This document shows positions 42,968 to 54,397 of a DNA stretch of 64,000 nt, piece after piece. The stretch lies in the IMG/VR virus record IMGVR_UViG_3300021400_000447, positions 17,403 through 81,402 of that record, one strand, 5' to 3'. This DNA comes from a virus (lineage: Duplodnaviria > Caudoviricetes). Position 1 is the stretch's first letter; each line of letters starts with the position of its first letter. The translations under genes were made by a program, and so were the position numbers. The notes beneath the pieces are model-generated. The model was not told the origin of the DNA, made no database searches, and saw only the letters and a list, made by a program, of their open reading frames with translations.

Positions 42968-43522
42968 ATGAAAGTAATAATGATTAGCGGTAAAAGCTAT
43001 TCTGGAAAAGATACTTTTGCAAACATAATGAAGCGAGAACTAGAACAATCTGGCAAACGATGCACAATTTTACATTACGCAGATCCAGTTAAGTTTTTCG
43101 CTAAGCAAGTATATAATTGGGATGGAGTTAAAGACAAAGCTGGTAGGACACTATTACAGCATTTAGGCACAGATTGCGTCAGAGCATATGACCAAGATTA
43201 TTGGGCAAAAACTATTGCAATTTTTATTGCCGCGATAAAGAACGATTTTGATTATATTTTTATCCCAGATGCCCGTTTTGAAAATGAAATAAATATTACA
43301 TCATATTATAATCCAGGCGCTATAACAATTAGAATCAACCGCATAAATAGTGATGGTTCACCATATATTAATCCTAATTTTACATTAACCCAGCTTGTCC
43401 ATCCAAGCGAAACATCATTAGATAATTGGAAGTATTTTGATTATATTGTTTCCAATTCTGATGATATGCAATCTTTTGAAGCAGAAGCTAAACGGATAGC
43501 AAAACTTATAGAGAGGAAATAA
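42968..43522 (+). CDS. Deoxynucleoside monophosphate kinase
   Basis: ISGKSYSGKDT, ADPVK, RTLLQHLGTD..R..D.DYW, IPDARFENE. Confidence 0.85.
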   Translation: MKVIMISGKSYSGKDTFANIMKRELEQSGKRCTILHYADPVKFFAKQVYNWDGVKDKAGRTLLQHLGTDCVRAYDQDYWAKTIAIFIAAIKNDFDYIFIPDARFENEINITSYYNPGAITIRINRINSDGSPYINPNFTLTQLVHPSETSLDNWKYFDYIVSNSDDMQSFEAEAKRIAKLIERK

Positions 43523-43523
43523 A

Positions 43524-44633
43524 ATGAATTATTTTGAGATGGGCGTACAAAAATATTGGAGTCCAACCGCGGCAATGCCAAAAGAAGTTCGCCAACAACA
43601 TCTACAACAGATGATAGAAAGTGGTCAGTATTTGTGGTCTGAAAAATTTGATGGTAATTTTACACGAGCAGTAATTACAAAAGATCGCAATGCACTCCAA
43701 ACGAGGGGAATTTCTAAAGTAACTGGTACATACTCTGAATTGCAGGATAAAGTATTTTTTTGGGATGCTGTAGTAAATGCATTTCAAAATGGTGATACTG
43801 TAATTCTTGGAGAGCTGTATCTTAGCGGCGGCCGCGACAAGGATGTCGGTGCAATTTGTCGTTGTCTTACTCCAAAGGCACGAGCGCGGCAAAAAGATCA
43901 AAAGTTGGAATGGAAAATTTTTGATGTGCTTGCATTAGACGGTAGAGATATGATTAATGAGCCAATTGAGGTTCGATCAAAATATATTGAGCAAGTCGTT
44001 GCGCGAATCAATCATCCTCTCGTAACAGGTGTTCCATATCACGAGATGAATAATAAGTTTTTTGATGAACTCAATGAAATTTTTGCTCGGGGCGGAGAGG
44101 GTGCAGTGTGTTATAGAAAGCATATTGTTTATACGCCAGATAAACGAACAAGTGCGTGGGATACTGTAAAAGTGAAGCAGGAAATTACAGATTATATAGA
44201 TTGTGTAATTATGGATGTCGTTCCATGCGAAAAAAACTACAATGGGGACGATATGGCGCATTGGACAATGTGGAAAAATACAAGAACTGGAGAAATTGTT
44301 CAGGGAGAATATTTTTCTGCTTATCAACTTGGTGAACCCTATATTCCAATCTCACGTAATTATTTTTACAACTATCCTGGTGCTATGACAGTTGGCGTTT
44401 ATAATGATAAGCATGAATTAATTCCATTGTGCAACGTAGCAGGTCTAACGGATGAACTAAAAGCACGACTGAGGGATGATTTTGATAGTTTATATCTATG
44501 TCCAGTGTCCATAGGCGGTATGATGATAAGTAATACTGATTCTGGGCTTAGCATTAGACACCCATATTTGCACAGCATTCGCGAGAATGATATTCGTCCA
44601 GAAGATTGCACTTTAAATAAGATTTTAAAATAA
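43524..44633 (+). CDS. ATP-dependent DNA ligase
   Basis: SEKFDG, LGELY, IFDVL, EGAV, VKVK; OB-fold tail SIRHP. Confidence 0.88.
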   Translation: MNYFEMGVQKYWSPTAAMPKEVRQQHLQQMIESGQYLWSEKFDGNFTRAVITKDRNALQTRGISKVTGTYSELQDKVFFWDAVVNAFQNGDTVILGELYLSGGRDKDVGAICRCLTPKARARQKDQKLEWKIFDVLALDGRDMINEPIEVRSKYIEQVVARINHPLVTGVPYHEMNNKFFDELNEIFARGGEGAVCYRKHIVYTPDKRTSAWDTVKVKQEITDYIDCVIMDVVPCEKNYNGDDMAHWTMWKNTRTGEIVQGEYFSAYQLGEPYIPISRNYFYNYPGAMTVGVYNDKHELIPLCNVAGLTDELKARLRDDFDSLYLCPVSIGGMMISNTDSGLSIRHPYLHSIRENDIRPEDCTLNKILK

Positions 44634-44671
44634 AAACGAGTTGTTATCCTCAAACAACGAGGAGGTTTATT

Positions 44672-45271
44672 ATGGAGTTTGAATTTCTAGAAATCCCAGA
44701 AAAATTCGGCCTAGACCCAGTATCATATCAATATTTTAATCAACTTTTAAATCATCGTACTATAATTTTTAATCAAGAAGTCACGAGTGATATTGTCGAG
44801 AGTATATATGTGCCTCTTAAACAATTTGAAGAAGATAATGATATGACACCAATAACAATGATTTTTAACAGCGTTGGTGGTTCAGTTACTGATGGATTTT
44901 TCCTAGCGCATTATTTAACCCACTATTCAAAGCCACTAACAATCATCGTTACTGGTCAAGCTTCGTCTATGGCCGCGATTTTACTAAGCGCAGGAGGAAA
45001 AAATCCAAACGTAACGCGCGTGTGTTATCCTAGCACATATGCACTTATTCATGATGGATATGTTGCCGTACCTGCTAGTGAAGCAAAAACTGCGGAAGAT
45101 ATAATGGCATTTAATCATCAAGTTGATTTACAAATCCGCGATTTTATTATTAATAACACAAATATTACAGCTGAATTATACGATTCCAAAACTAGGCGGC
45201 AATGGTTCTTAACAGCGCCAGAAATGAAGGAATTAAATTTAATTGATAAAATTATCGGATGTGATGATTAA
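44672..45271 (+). CDS. clpP: ClpP-like protease subunit
   Basis: NSVGGSV.DG, GQASSMAAILL, LIH, WFLTAPE..L.LID.I. Confidence 0.8.
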   Translation: MEFEFLEIPEKFGLDPVSYQYFNQLLNHRTIIFNQEVTSDIVESIYVPLKQFEEDNDMTPITMIFNSVGGSVTDGFFLAHYLTHYSKPLTIIVTGQASSMAAILLSAGGKNPNVTRVCYPSTYALIHDGYVAVPASEAKTAEDIMAFNHQVDLQIRDFIINNTNITAELYDSKTRRQWFLTAPEMKELNLIDKIIGCDD

Positions 45272-46512
45272 TGACTATGCATGTATTAGATACATCAGCA
45301 ATTCTAAATGGTGCGCTAAATGATTATAACACTTCTTGGATTTCACCATTGGTACTAGCTGAGTTGGAATAGATAAAAACTTCTGCGCATAAAGATAATA
45401 ATATCAAATTCCAAGCCCGTGCCGCAATACGGGCTATTATTAATGAAAAAAATATTAATTATATTATTGCGCCATAGAAAAAAATAGAAAAAATTATAAA
45501 GCAATATCAATTTCTATCTGACATCAATGATCATAAAATTTTAAGTGAAGCTTTTTGGATGGCCAAACGTACATGCGAGCCAGTAGAATTTATTACAAGC
45601 GATGGTGCACTATATGCAATCGCATGCCAGATGCCATATCTTTATCCGATATTATATAATCCGAATGTAACAGATACAACTGAATATTGTGGATGGGGAA
45701 AATATTATCCTAATGATAATACATTAACAATGTTATATGAGGATCCAAAAGTTAACACTTTAAAATGCAGAACAAACGAATATGCGCAAATCTTTTACGA
45801 AGATAAATTAAAAGACATCTTAGTATGGAATGGAAACGAATATAGAAAATTAAAATATAAAGACATGAAAAATCCATACATTGATGAAGTCCTAAAGCCA
45901 CGAAATCTAGAGCAGAAAATGGCGTTTGACCTCCTACAAAATCAGGACATTAAAGTAAAATTACTAACCTCCACTTGGGGCGGCGGAAAAACTTTAATGG
46001 CATTAACATATGCACTAGAATAGGTATATAAAGGAAGATATGCTAAATTAATTTTTGTACGCAATAATATAATTGTTGCAGGAACAAATGATATTGGTTT
46101 CTTGCCCGGCGACCTTAATGCAAAAATGAGTATTTGGGGTGGTCCTTTAGCAGACCACCTTGGCGGTCAAGAAGTGTTAGAGCAGCTTATTGAAGATAAT
46201 ACGATTGAAATTCTGCCATTATCACACATTCGCGGACGGTCAATTAGAAATTCAATTGTTATATGCGATGAGTGCGAAAACATGGACGACAAACTTGTTA
46301 CTTTATTAATGAGCCGTATTGAAGAGAATAGTGAATTGATTTTCTGCGGCGACGTTGCTCAAATTGATAGCCATCGTTTTGAGGAAAATAATGGTATTAG
46401 GTCTATGGTAAGTCATTTATCTGGTTAGCCTTTATTTGGTTTAGTTAAATTAATTAAATCAGAGCGTGGGCCTATAGCCGAATTATGTAATTTAATTCGA
46501 CCACCCGTTTAA
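45271..46512 (+). CDS. phoH: PhoH-family protein with N-terminal PIN domain (4 TAG)
   Basis: VLDTS PIN start; PRNLEQ, GGGKTLMA, IGFLPGD, HIRGRSI, DECEN, GD..QID. Confidence 0.85.
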
Positions 46513-46638
46513 TACTTGACTTTTTAATATGTATATAGTATAATATAATAGAGGGAGCAAAGGAGTAATTAACCTTTGAGATAATGCTACTTACTTAGCA
46601 AGCTCTATTTAATAATTGCTTAGTAAGGAGTGATTTAT

Positions 46639-47451
46639 ATGTGGAAAATTTATAAACATGTTTTTCCTAATGGAAAAATTTATATTGGTTAGACAAAATA
46701 GAGATTAACAAAACGTTTTGGACATGGGGCTGGATATGCTTTTTGTCCATTAATGGCCAAAGCCATCGATAAATATGGATGGGATTCAATAGTAACTGAA
46801 ATATTAGAAAATAATATAACATCTCAAGAACTAGCTAACGAACGAGAAATTTACTATATAAAATTATATGACAGTCGTAACCCTGATAAAGGATATAATA
46901 TAGGTTATGGCGGTGGAGTAGTCGATCGATGTGAGGATGAACGTATTTTAACATTATGGAATGAAGGAAAAAGCCAAACTGAAATAAAATCTCTGTTACA
47001 TTATGATATGCAAACTATTAGATTATTTTTAGAAGCTCATGGCGTTAATGAAGAAATGCGTTATGAACGTCGTAATCAAATTATTAGTAACAAGTCTAAA
47101 TATTTTGATAATGAGCAAATTTATCAGTTATGGCAAGAGCATAATTCTTACCCAGAAATTATAAAGCAATTGGGTTGTTCTCGAGATACAATACGTAGAG
47201 CTTTAGAATAGAAAGGAATTACCGAAGAACAAAGACGAGAAAATGGTAAATTAATGTCAGCTGATAACAAAACTTGCCAAAAACCTGTTAACTAGTATGA
47301 TTTAAATAATAATTATATTCAAACTTTCAAAAGTATTGCCGCGGCAAATATAGCTTTAGGAAAAATTTCTAACTCTTCTAATATAGTACAAGTCTGTAAA
47401 GGAAAAAGAAAACAGGCTTATGGTTTTGTTTGGCGGTATACAGATTCTTAA
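46639..47451 (+). CDS. Free-standing GIY-YIG homing endonuclease with NUMOD1-like tail
   Basis: IYKH...IYIG(TAG)T, A.DKYGW, E.YYI..YDS...GYN; KPVN(TAG)YDL..F.SI. Confidence 0.82.
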
Positions 47452-47454
47452 TTA

Positions 47455-47479
47455 TGGCACCTTCGGGTGCCACTTTTTT
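47455..47479 (+). terminator. Intrinsic terminator
   Basis: GGCACC-TTCG-GGTGCC followed by a T run. Confidence 0.78.
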
Positions 47480-47537
47480 ATTTGACTTTTTTTAAATGTT
47501 ATATTATAATATAAAAAAAAGATAGAGGTGTATAAAT

Positions 47538-47801
47538 ATGGATCAATTAAAATTCAATGATCTAACACGTGAATATATGGAAGATTTTATTAAGAAATTA
47601 CCGAAAGACGAGAAAAAGAAATTAAAGGCTTATATCGAGGATCATCCTAGAAATAGTTCAGCCGGTATGTTTGCAATGATTAAGAGTTATATTTATAATA
47701 CTTATATTCGACAAAATAATTCGAGTAATTTTAAGAACAAAAATACAACTTTTGTTGATACAATCGAAGAAATTTTAATGGAAGATGACCTAGATGAGTA
47801 A
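47538..47801 (+). CDS. Hypothetical protein
   Basis: GAGGTG RBS; clean ORF. Confidence 0.6.
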   Translation: MDQLKFNDLTREYMEDFIKKLPKDEKKKLKAYIEDHPRNSSAGMFAMIKSYIYNTYIRQNNSSNFKNKNTTFVDTIEEILMEDDLDE

Positions 47802-48675
47802 TAAAATTACTTACATAAAAAGTCCTATGAATTATGTGGGTAATAAATATAAATATTTACCTCAAATATATCAATATTTTCCTTCTAATATAAATAATTT
47901 TATTGATTTATTCGCCGGTGGGTTAGATGTATCAATTAATACTTCGGCGAAAAAGAAATATGCAAATGATATAAACTCTAATATAATTAATATTTACAAA
48001 GAATTTCAAGCGCATTCTATCGATTACGTATTAGATTTTATTAATAGCCGCATTAAAGAATTCCATTTATCTCGAACCAATTTTGAAGGTTATATGGAAT
48101 ATCGTAAATTATATAATACAGATGAAAAATATCATACATCGTTAGATTTATTTACCATTTCTAGATTTTCTTTTAATAATAAAATTTCTTTTAACACTAA
48201 TTTTGAATTAAATTCATCATTTGGATGGTATCATAGCGATTTTAATTTAAATCAGCGTGCTAATTTACGTGCAATGCACCCAATGTTAAAAGATATAAAT
48301 TTTTCTTCAATTGATTTCAGGAATTTTGATATAAATGAATTTAAAGATGCAAATGATTTTCTATATGTTGATCCGCCCTATTTAATTTCTGCGGCTCAAT
48401 ATAATGATGGCTCAAAAATATTAAATGAAAATTGGGACATTAATGATGAATTGACATTATATGATTATTTAGATAATGCCACAGAATGCGGACTAAAATG
48501 GGCTTTTTCAAATGTGATTGCACATAAAGGAATGGAAAATATTTACTTAATTGAATGGATAGAAAAATATAATGTTTATGATATTTATTCAAATTATTCT
48601 AAAGCAGTATATAATAAAGCCTAGACAACAGAGCCAACAATAGAAGTATTAATTACTAATTATGATAAAGATTAA
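47794..48675 (+). CDS. dam: DNA adenine methyltransferase (Dam/D12 class)
   Basis: KSPMNYVGNK, DLFAGG, NDIN, YVDPPY; readthrough of TAG 48622 restores the terminal EVLITNY. Confidence 0.85.
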
Positions 48676-48882
48676 ATATTATTATAAGGAGAGACGTGGC
48701 ATGGAACATGAAAATAATTTCAATAAAGATCTATATGATGCATTAATTGACGAATACTTCAATCGTCACCCCGATGCAGGACTCGCTTGGTGGATGCTGC
48801 CACTAAACGAACAGCCTGAAGGTTTTAAGCAGGAAATGTATGATATTCTGTGGGATTTGACGCATAAGGAGGAAAAGTAAAT

Positions 48883-49431
48883 ATGAGAATTTATTTGGCT
48901 GGGCCCATCTTTACTTATGGAGATCTTCTACGTAACACCGAGTGGGCACAAAAACTAAGAGCCGCTTTACCTGGAGTGGATTTATATTCTCCTGTCGAAA
49001 ACACAGATATCAATGGAGTTGAGGGGAAGAAGAAATTTGCGGGCTCTCAAGAAATCGCAAATGGAGATAATATACGTTTAAATAAAACTGACATTCTTGT
49101 AGCTTGTATAGATGGTGACGTTCTCCCAGCAGGCACTTGCGCTGAAATTGGTAAGTTCCATGAAAAGATTGAACGCGGCGACCATAAATATATTGTTGGT
49201 ATTTGTACTGACAACAGACAAATGTTCTTGACTCATAGTGAAGCTAAGAATAAAGGCGGCGCAGCATCGCTTGGCGAACAGCAATACAGTTATCAAAATC
49301 TATATGTCACTGGCCTTATCAAGCAAGGTGGTATTCTTGTATCTAATATAGAAGATGCTATTACTTTCATAAAAGAGAAAGAATATGAATTTATTGAAAA
49401 TACAAGTGATTCTGTGTCTGATTGGAGGTAA
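48883..49431 (+). CDS. Nucleoside 2-deoxyribosyltransferase-like protein
   Basis: IYLAGPIF, YSP.E, D..R....DILVA..DG.....GT..EIG. Confidence 0.8.
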   Translation: MRIYLAGPIFTYGDLLRNTEWAQKLRAALPGVDLYSPVENTDINGVEGKKKFAGSQEIANGDNIRLNKTDILVACIDGDVLPAGTCAEIGKFHEKIERGDHKYIVGICTDNRQMFLTHSEAKNKGGAASLGEQQYSYQNLYVTGLIKQGGILVSNIEDAITFIKEKEYEFIENTSDSVSDWR

Positions 49432-49874
49432 TTATGGAAATAGATAATACAACTACTGGCACTTCTTATAATTATAAATCTCCTCCAACCTATTAGATTG
49501 AAAAAGGATGGGAGTGCCCTCGTTGCGGCAGCATTAATGCTCCATGGGTAAGACAATGCGATTGTGATAAAAATAATTGGTATCTTACATGGAAGAGAGC
49601 CACTGACGGAGACGAATGGTGGAAAAAATATGTAACATGTGATAGTGATACTTTTAAAATCCATCCCAATGAAGTAGTATATACTACCAATTATAATTCT
49701 ATTATAGACTGATAATTATTATTAGAATAATACGAAAAAGTATATTAATTAGGTAAAATGGAAAATAATTAATTTTCATAATAAAACGCGAAAAATACCA
49801 TAATATGTATTCAATCATACTACAAATATAATAGCGGAAATCCGTTACTAAAAAAATTTTAGGAGTATGATTTT

Positions 49875-50729
49875 ATGGGAATTATATATTGTATTACAAA
49901 TTTAGTTAATAATAAAATGTATATTGGACAGACATCAAGAATATGGCAAGAACGATGGAAAGATCACATTGATACTGCAAGAGATTTAAATAATCAACGT
50001 CCGCTTTATAGAGCAATGCGTAAATATGGAATAGAAAATTTTTCATTTTCAATAATTGAACATTGCCCAGATGACAAATTAAATGAACGAGAACAGTATT
50101 GGATTAACGAAAAATAGACTTGGATGGCCAAATATCCAGACCTCGGATATAATCTGACCTGTGGCGGGAGTAATGGCACAAAATATTCTTATAATTATAT
50201 AAGATTGTTATATAAAAATGGAATGACACAATCAGAAATTCGAGAAGAATTACAATGCGATCCTTGGGTTATAAGGCAGGCCATTGCCGCAGATGAAACT
50301 GTTACGAACCTTGATAAATATGAACACAGGCATACAGCCGCGGTCAAAGGACAAAAACGCTCGATGAAATCAGTGCAAGCTATTGATCCATCAACTAATG
50401 AAATTTACAAAGTCTTTAATAGTATATCCGAAGCAAGTAAGTTTTTTAATATTGATCATGCTTGTATTTCTACGGCGATACGAAAAGGTAGACCACATAA
50501 ATGTAAAGACTATTATTGGGAGTATAGCGATAAAAATGCTATTGCGAAAAAGACAGTTAGTGTTATAAGTACTAATATTAACACTAATGAAAAAATTATC
50601 TATCCGAGTATTGCGGAAGCGGCGAGGAAATGTAATTTAAATTCATCAAATATTATAGAAGCAATAAATAAAAATTGGCGATGCGGCCAATGGAAATGGG
50701 AATATAATAAGGAGATAATAAATGAATAA
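49875..50729 (+). CDS. Second free-standing GIY-YIG endonuclease with NUMOD1 repeats (1 TAG)
   Basis: GIIYCITNLVNNKMYIGQT, LYRAMRKYGIENF, EQYWI, GYN; two F.SI.EA repeats. Confidence 0.85.
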
Positions 50730-52032
50730 CACTAATTTAATTTATAATATTAACGACAAGCCAAAAACGACCAAAGAATTAATTGGTTATTCACTACAAG
50801 TAATGTTTTCTTGTATTACTGCAACACTACTTATTGCTTTAATTTGCGGCACAAACCTTACAGCTGGTCTTGTAGCCGCGGGTATTTCAACAATTTTTTT
50901 CTTATGTATCACAAAATTCAGAGCACCAATTATGATTTCTAATAGTGGAGCAACCGTTTCAGCAGTAATTGGAGCAATCGCCCTTGCTGGCCCTGTAGAA
51001 AAAAATTTCCTTGGAGTAATTATCGGTGGCGCTACAATTGCTATTATTTATAGCTTAGCCGGACTCCTTGTAAAAAAATTTGGAATCAATTGGATTACGA
51101 AATTAATCACTCCTGTAATGTCGGGTGCAATTATTTTAATTATTTCAATACAACTAGGATTTTTTATTCCAACATACGCACAAATTTCTGGGCAATATTC
51201 ATTATTAGGTATTGGTGTAACATTCTTTAGTATGCTACTGGTTTTACTTTGTGCTTTTTATGGAAAAGGGCTTATGAAACGTTGGCCAATTCTTTTTGGA
51301 GTGCTTGGCGGATACATTTTATGTATTATTTTAGCTCTATGCGGAGTACAAAATTTAGTAGATTTATCTCATTTCCAAAACATGAAATTATTTGTACTAC
51401 CAGATTTTGCTTTCTTCCATGTATCATTTAATAATTTTGATTGGAGTACTATACCTCAAATTTTAGTAAGTTTTACATTAGTTTCTCTTGGAGCACTTGC
51501 AGAGCATTTAGGTGATATTATTAATGCTTCTAACATTTGTGAACGAGATTTTCTTACAGATCCATCACTTACTAGAACTCTAATTGGCGATGGAGTTGGT
51601 TCATTAATTGGTACTGTTATTGGCGCACAACCAAATACAACATATACAGAAAATTTATCTACAATTCTGATTAGTAAATGTGCTAGTGTTTATGTGACAC
51701 TTTTAGCCGCTATTGAATTAATCATCCTTGGTTTCTTCGGCCCATTTAACAGTTTTATTTTAGCATTACCAAACGCCGTATTTGCTGGCGCGAGTATTTG
51801 TTGTTATGGCATGATTGGCGCATCCGCTATTAAATTTTTAAAGAAAGCCACGATAAACTTTGATGACCAAAAAACAATTTGGATTTTTGCTATTATGCTA
51901 ATGGTAGGAACATCTGGCTTAGCAATTAATTATGAATCGTTTAATATTAGTGGCATTTGTTTAGCTATTATCATCGGTATTATTCTTAATCTTGTGTTAA
52001 AGGAGAAACATGAACCATCCAGTAATAATTGA
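50722..52032 (+). CDS. Nucleobase:cation symporter-2 (uracil/xanthine permease, UraA/PyrP-like)
   Basis: Many hydrophobic segments; EHLGD, GDG...IG..PNTTYTEN NAT signature, P.AV..G, YGMIG.S. Confidence 0.88.
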   Translation: MNNTNLIYNINDKPKTTKELIGYSLQVMFSCITATLLIALICGTNLTAGLVAAGISTIFFLCITKFRAPIMISNSGATVSAVIGAIALAGPVEKNFLGVIIGGATIAIIYSLAGLLVKKFGINWITKLITPVMSGAIILIISIQLGFFIPTYAQISGQYSLLGIGVTFFSMLLVLLCAFYGKGLMKRWPILFGVLGGYILCIILALCGVQNLVDLSHFQNMKLFVLPDFAFFHVSFNNFDWSTIPQILVSFTLVSLGALAEHLGDIINASNICERDFLTDPSLTRTLIGDGVGSLIGTVIGAQPNTTYTENLSTILISKCASVYVTLLAAIELIILGFFGPFNSFILALPNAVFAGASICCYGMIGASAIKFLKKATINFDDQKTIWIFAIMLMVGTSGLAINYESFNISGICLAIIIGIILNLVLKEKHEPSSNN

Positions 52033-52531
52033 ACCATATTATATTCCAACTACAATGCATTTTGAGCAAATTCCAGTTACAAATGCAAAAGATCACGATT
52101 TATACCTAATGGTTGAAAAATTCAAATGTCCCGATGATATTGGTTTTCAATGGCCAAAACTGCGGCTTTCAATTATGCAAAAGCATCCAAAGAAAATTAT
52201 TCGTACATTTCATAGAAATTATTGGCAAGTTCCACCTATAATTTACACAGAACAAAACAATCAAAAATATGTAATAACCAGCCGTGATTATCAATGTATA
52301 TCTGTATACAATGTCTCGCAAGATATATTCACAGATTATGTGTACGGCGGTGAAGAAGCATATGCGAACGCAAGAGGATTTTGCCCATCCGTATATAAAT
52401 GGGATGGGCAAAACCTAACAGTTATTGGTAGTGTATTTAACGGCCCTCCAGAAATTATGATAATAAAAAATGTTGATTTAAACGATATTAATTTTAATGA
52501 AGTCGAATGGCAAGATTATTATGAGGATTAA
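52010..52531 (+). CDS. Hypothetical protein
   Basis: AAGGAG RBS; clean ORF. Confidence 0.6.
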   Translation: MNHPVIIEPYYIPTTMHFEQIPVTNAKDHDLYLMVEKFKCPDDIGFQWPKLRLSIMQKHPKKIIRTFHRNYWQVPPIIYTEQNNQKYVITSRDYQCISVYNVSQDIFTDYVYGGEEAYANARGFCPSVYKWDGQNLTVIGSVFNGPPEIMIIKNVDLNDINFNEVEWQDYYED

Positions 52532-52584
52532 AATTTGATTTTCATTAAAAAATAAATTATAATAAATATAGAAAGTGAAAGGAT

Positions 52585-52965
52585 GTGAATTGCATGGGTA
52601 TGGATGCACGTATCATTAGATGTCGTAATGTCCTGCAACCTGAAAATGCAAATTTCTGGGAAATTTGCAGAACTATTAATGAAGGAACCTATGATGATCT
52701 TAAAACGCCAGCAATTGTTTGGGAAGCTAGAAAATGGTATGACATGCATAATTTTATTGTGTCATTGCTGCCAGGCAAAGAATATGAATCTGGCGATTAT
52801 GTAGCTTTAACTAAACAGCAGCTAGAAACGATTCTTGCTTATGCCACACATCATACTGACTATTGGTGTGGCTTTGGATCGGTGCCAAATCTATGTAGGG
52901 CATTACTCAACTATGATGATGTTATTGAGAATGGATACATTTATGTTTATGAATGTGATTGGTAA
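52585..52965 (+). CDS. Hypothetical protein
   Basis: MGLD-type start (MGMDA), W..RK...H.; promoter upstream. Confidence 0.6.
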   Translation: MNCMGMDARIIRCRNVLQPENANFWEICRTINEGTYDDLKTPAIVWEARKWYDMHNFIVSLLPGKEYESGDYVALTKQQLETILAYATHHTDYWCGFGSVPNLCRALLNYDDVIENGYIYVYECDW

Positions 52966-53036
52966 AAACAACAATAATACTAATGGCGCCAACCGGGCGC
53001 CAATTTTGCGTACATAAAAATATTTAAAGGACTAAT

Positions 53037-53393
53037 ATGGCTAACTATGCAAATCAAATAAAAATAATAACAGGCCACGCAAAAGATATCGCGCACATAG
53101 AAGGCCAAAAAGAATCATGGTTACAACCAGTAAAATGGGAGCCATTAAAAGAAGCAATGCGCCTTTTGCGTGGAAACGCTTTTAAACTATATATGTATTT
53201 ATTATCTTGGGATGGACAAACATATTACAATTTTTCACCAGCAGGTATTGCAAAAGAATTAAAGATTAGCGACGAAGGCGCACGAAACGCCAGAAAAGAA
53301 CTCGTAGATAAAGGATATTTAATTGAAATAGATGATAATGTATTAGAATTTTTCCCTATTTCCAGAACAACTGTTTCACCAAAAAATTTTTAA
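53037..53393 (+). CDS. Helix-turn-helix DNA-binding protein (possible replication initiator)
   Basis: AFKLYMYL...FSP..IAKELKIS....RNA.KEL..KGYL winged-helix pattern. Confidence 0.65.
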   Translation: MANYANQIKIITGHAKDIAHIEGQKESWLQPVKWEPLKEAMRLLRGNAFKLYMYLLSWDGQTYYNFSPAGIAKELKISDEGARNARKELVDKGYLIEIDDNVLEFFPISRTTVSPKNF

Positions 53394-53555
53394 TCTTTCT
53401 GCCAAATTTTTTTGGACTTCAATCACTAAATTTTCTGACATGCATAGCCAAAAAATTTGGCCATCATCGCCAAAAAATTTGGCGATACTCCAAAAAAATT
53501 ACCAAAGAAATATAAATATATAATAATATATAAATATAAATATAAATAAAAATAT
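53379..53555. repeat. Iteron-like CCAAAAAATTTGG quasi-palindromes plus an AT-only tract
   Basis: Copies at about 53379, 53401, 53447, 53468 and 53490, then AAATATAAATATATAATAATATATAAATATAAATATAAATAAAAATA. Confidence 0.6.
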
Positions 53556-53620
53556 GGCCGCGCGAATTGACAAAAAGAAAAAAATCATATATAATAAAAA
53601 TGTACAAGGAGGAAAAGTAT

Positions 53621-53914
53621 ATGAAAACAATCATTCGTGAACGTGATTCAGGAAAGGCATATGAGCTACTTGAAGCCGCGAATAAAGAAAACGGCATTGT
53701 TGTGACTGAAAATAAAGCCGCGTTGCAAGTAAAAGCTAATGCATACGGTTTCTATCAAGCAACTATTATTGATTATGATGATCTAATGTCTGGTAATTAT
53801 TATCTTGGAATGCCAGTATTCATTCATAATATTGATAAGTTTGCAAAGTGGCTGTGCCTTGAACAATATGGATTGATTTTTTCTGGTTTTAGTGCAACTA
53901 TGGAAGAGGAGTAA
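53621..53914 (+). CDS. Hypothetical protein
   Basis: AAGGAGG RBS after promoter 53567-53595. Confidence 0.65.
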   Translation: MKTIIRERDSGKAYELLEAANKENGIVVTENKAALQVKANAYGFYQATIIDYDDLMSGNYYLGMPVFIHNIDKFAKWLCLEQYGLIFSGFSATMEEE

Positions 53915-53917
53915 TAT

Positions 53918-54316
53918 ATGGAACATTATGATTATATGGCCGCAATGCGTGCTGATCTTATCGAGTACTTTGATCTAAATAACATTAATTATCATGTACA
54001 TGATTATGAAATTGATCGTCGCGTAGACGAGTTAAGTGAGGAAGTTTGGGCTGAAGATTGCATAACAGGAAATGGGCCTCAAGGCTATGGTTCTGATGAA
54101 GAATGCGCTGAATATATCTGCTACAATCTTCATGATGTACTGGATGCAGCATATGAATTTGATGTTACTCTTAAAGATATGATTACGCCGCATGGCCTAA
54201 CTACTACACAGTATCTAGATTGTCTTTATAGATGCTATATTCTTAATAGTTGTATTTATGATCTTCTAATAGAATTTAGAATAGAAGAAGATGATAATGA
54301 AGATGACAATGAATAA
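53918..54316 (+). CDS. Hypothetical acidic protein
   Basis: GAGGAG RBS; D..TGNG..Y motif. Confidence 0.6.
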   Translation: MEHYDYMAAMRADLIEYFDLNNINYHVHDYEIDRRVDELSEEVWAEDCITGNGPQGYGSDEECAEYICYNLHDVLDAAYEFDVTLKDMITPHGLTTTQYLDCLYRCYILNSCIYDLLIEFRIEEDDNEDDNE

Positions 54317-54397
54317 TTGTATTGAAAGTCAACAAAAAAGTTGACTTCTTTTATTTTTTCTGTTATAATATTATAGAAACTAAAAGGAGATGATGAT

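Noticed and set aside
46639-50729. GIY-YIG genes as intron-encoded ORFs
   Set aside because: Flanking genes are complete and no group I core was found, so they are free-standing.
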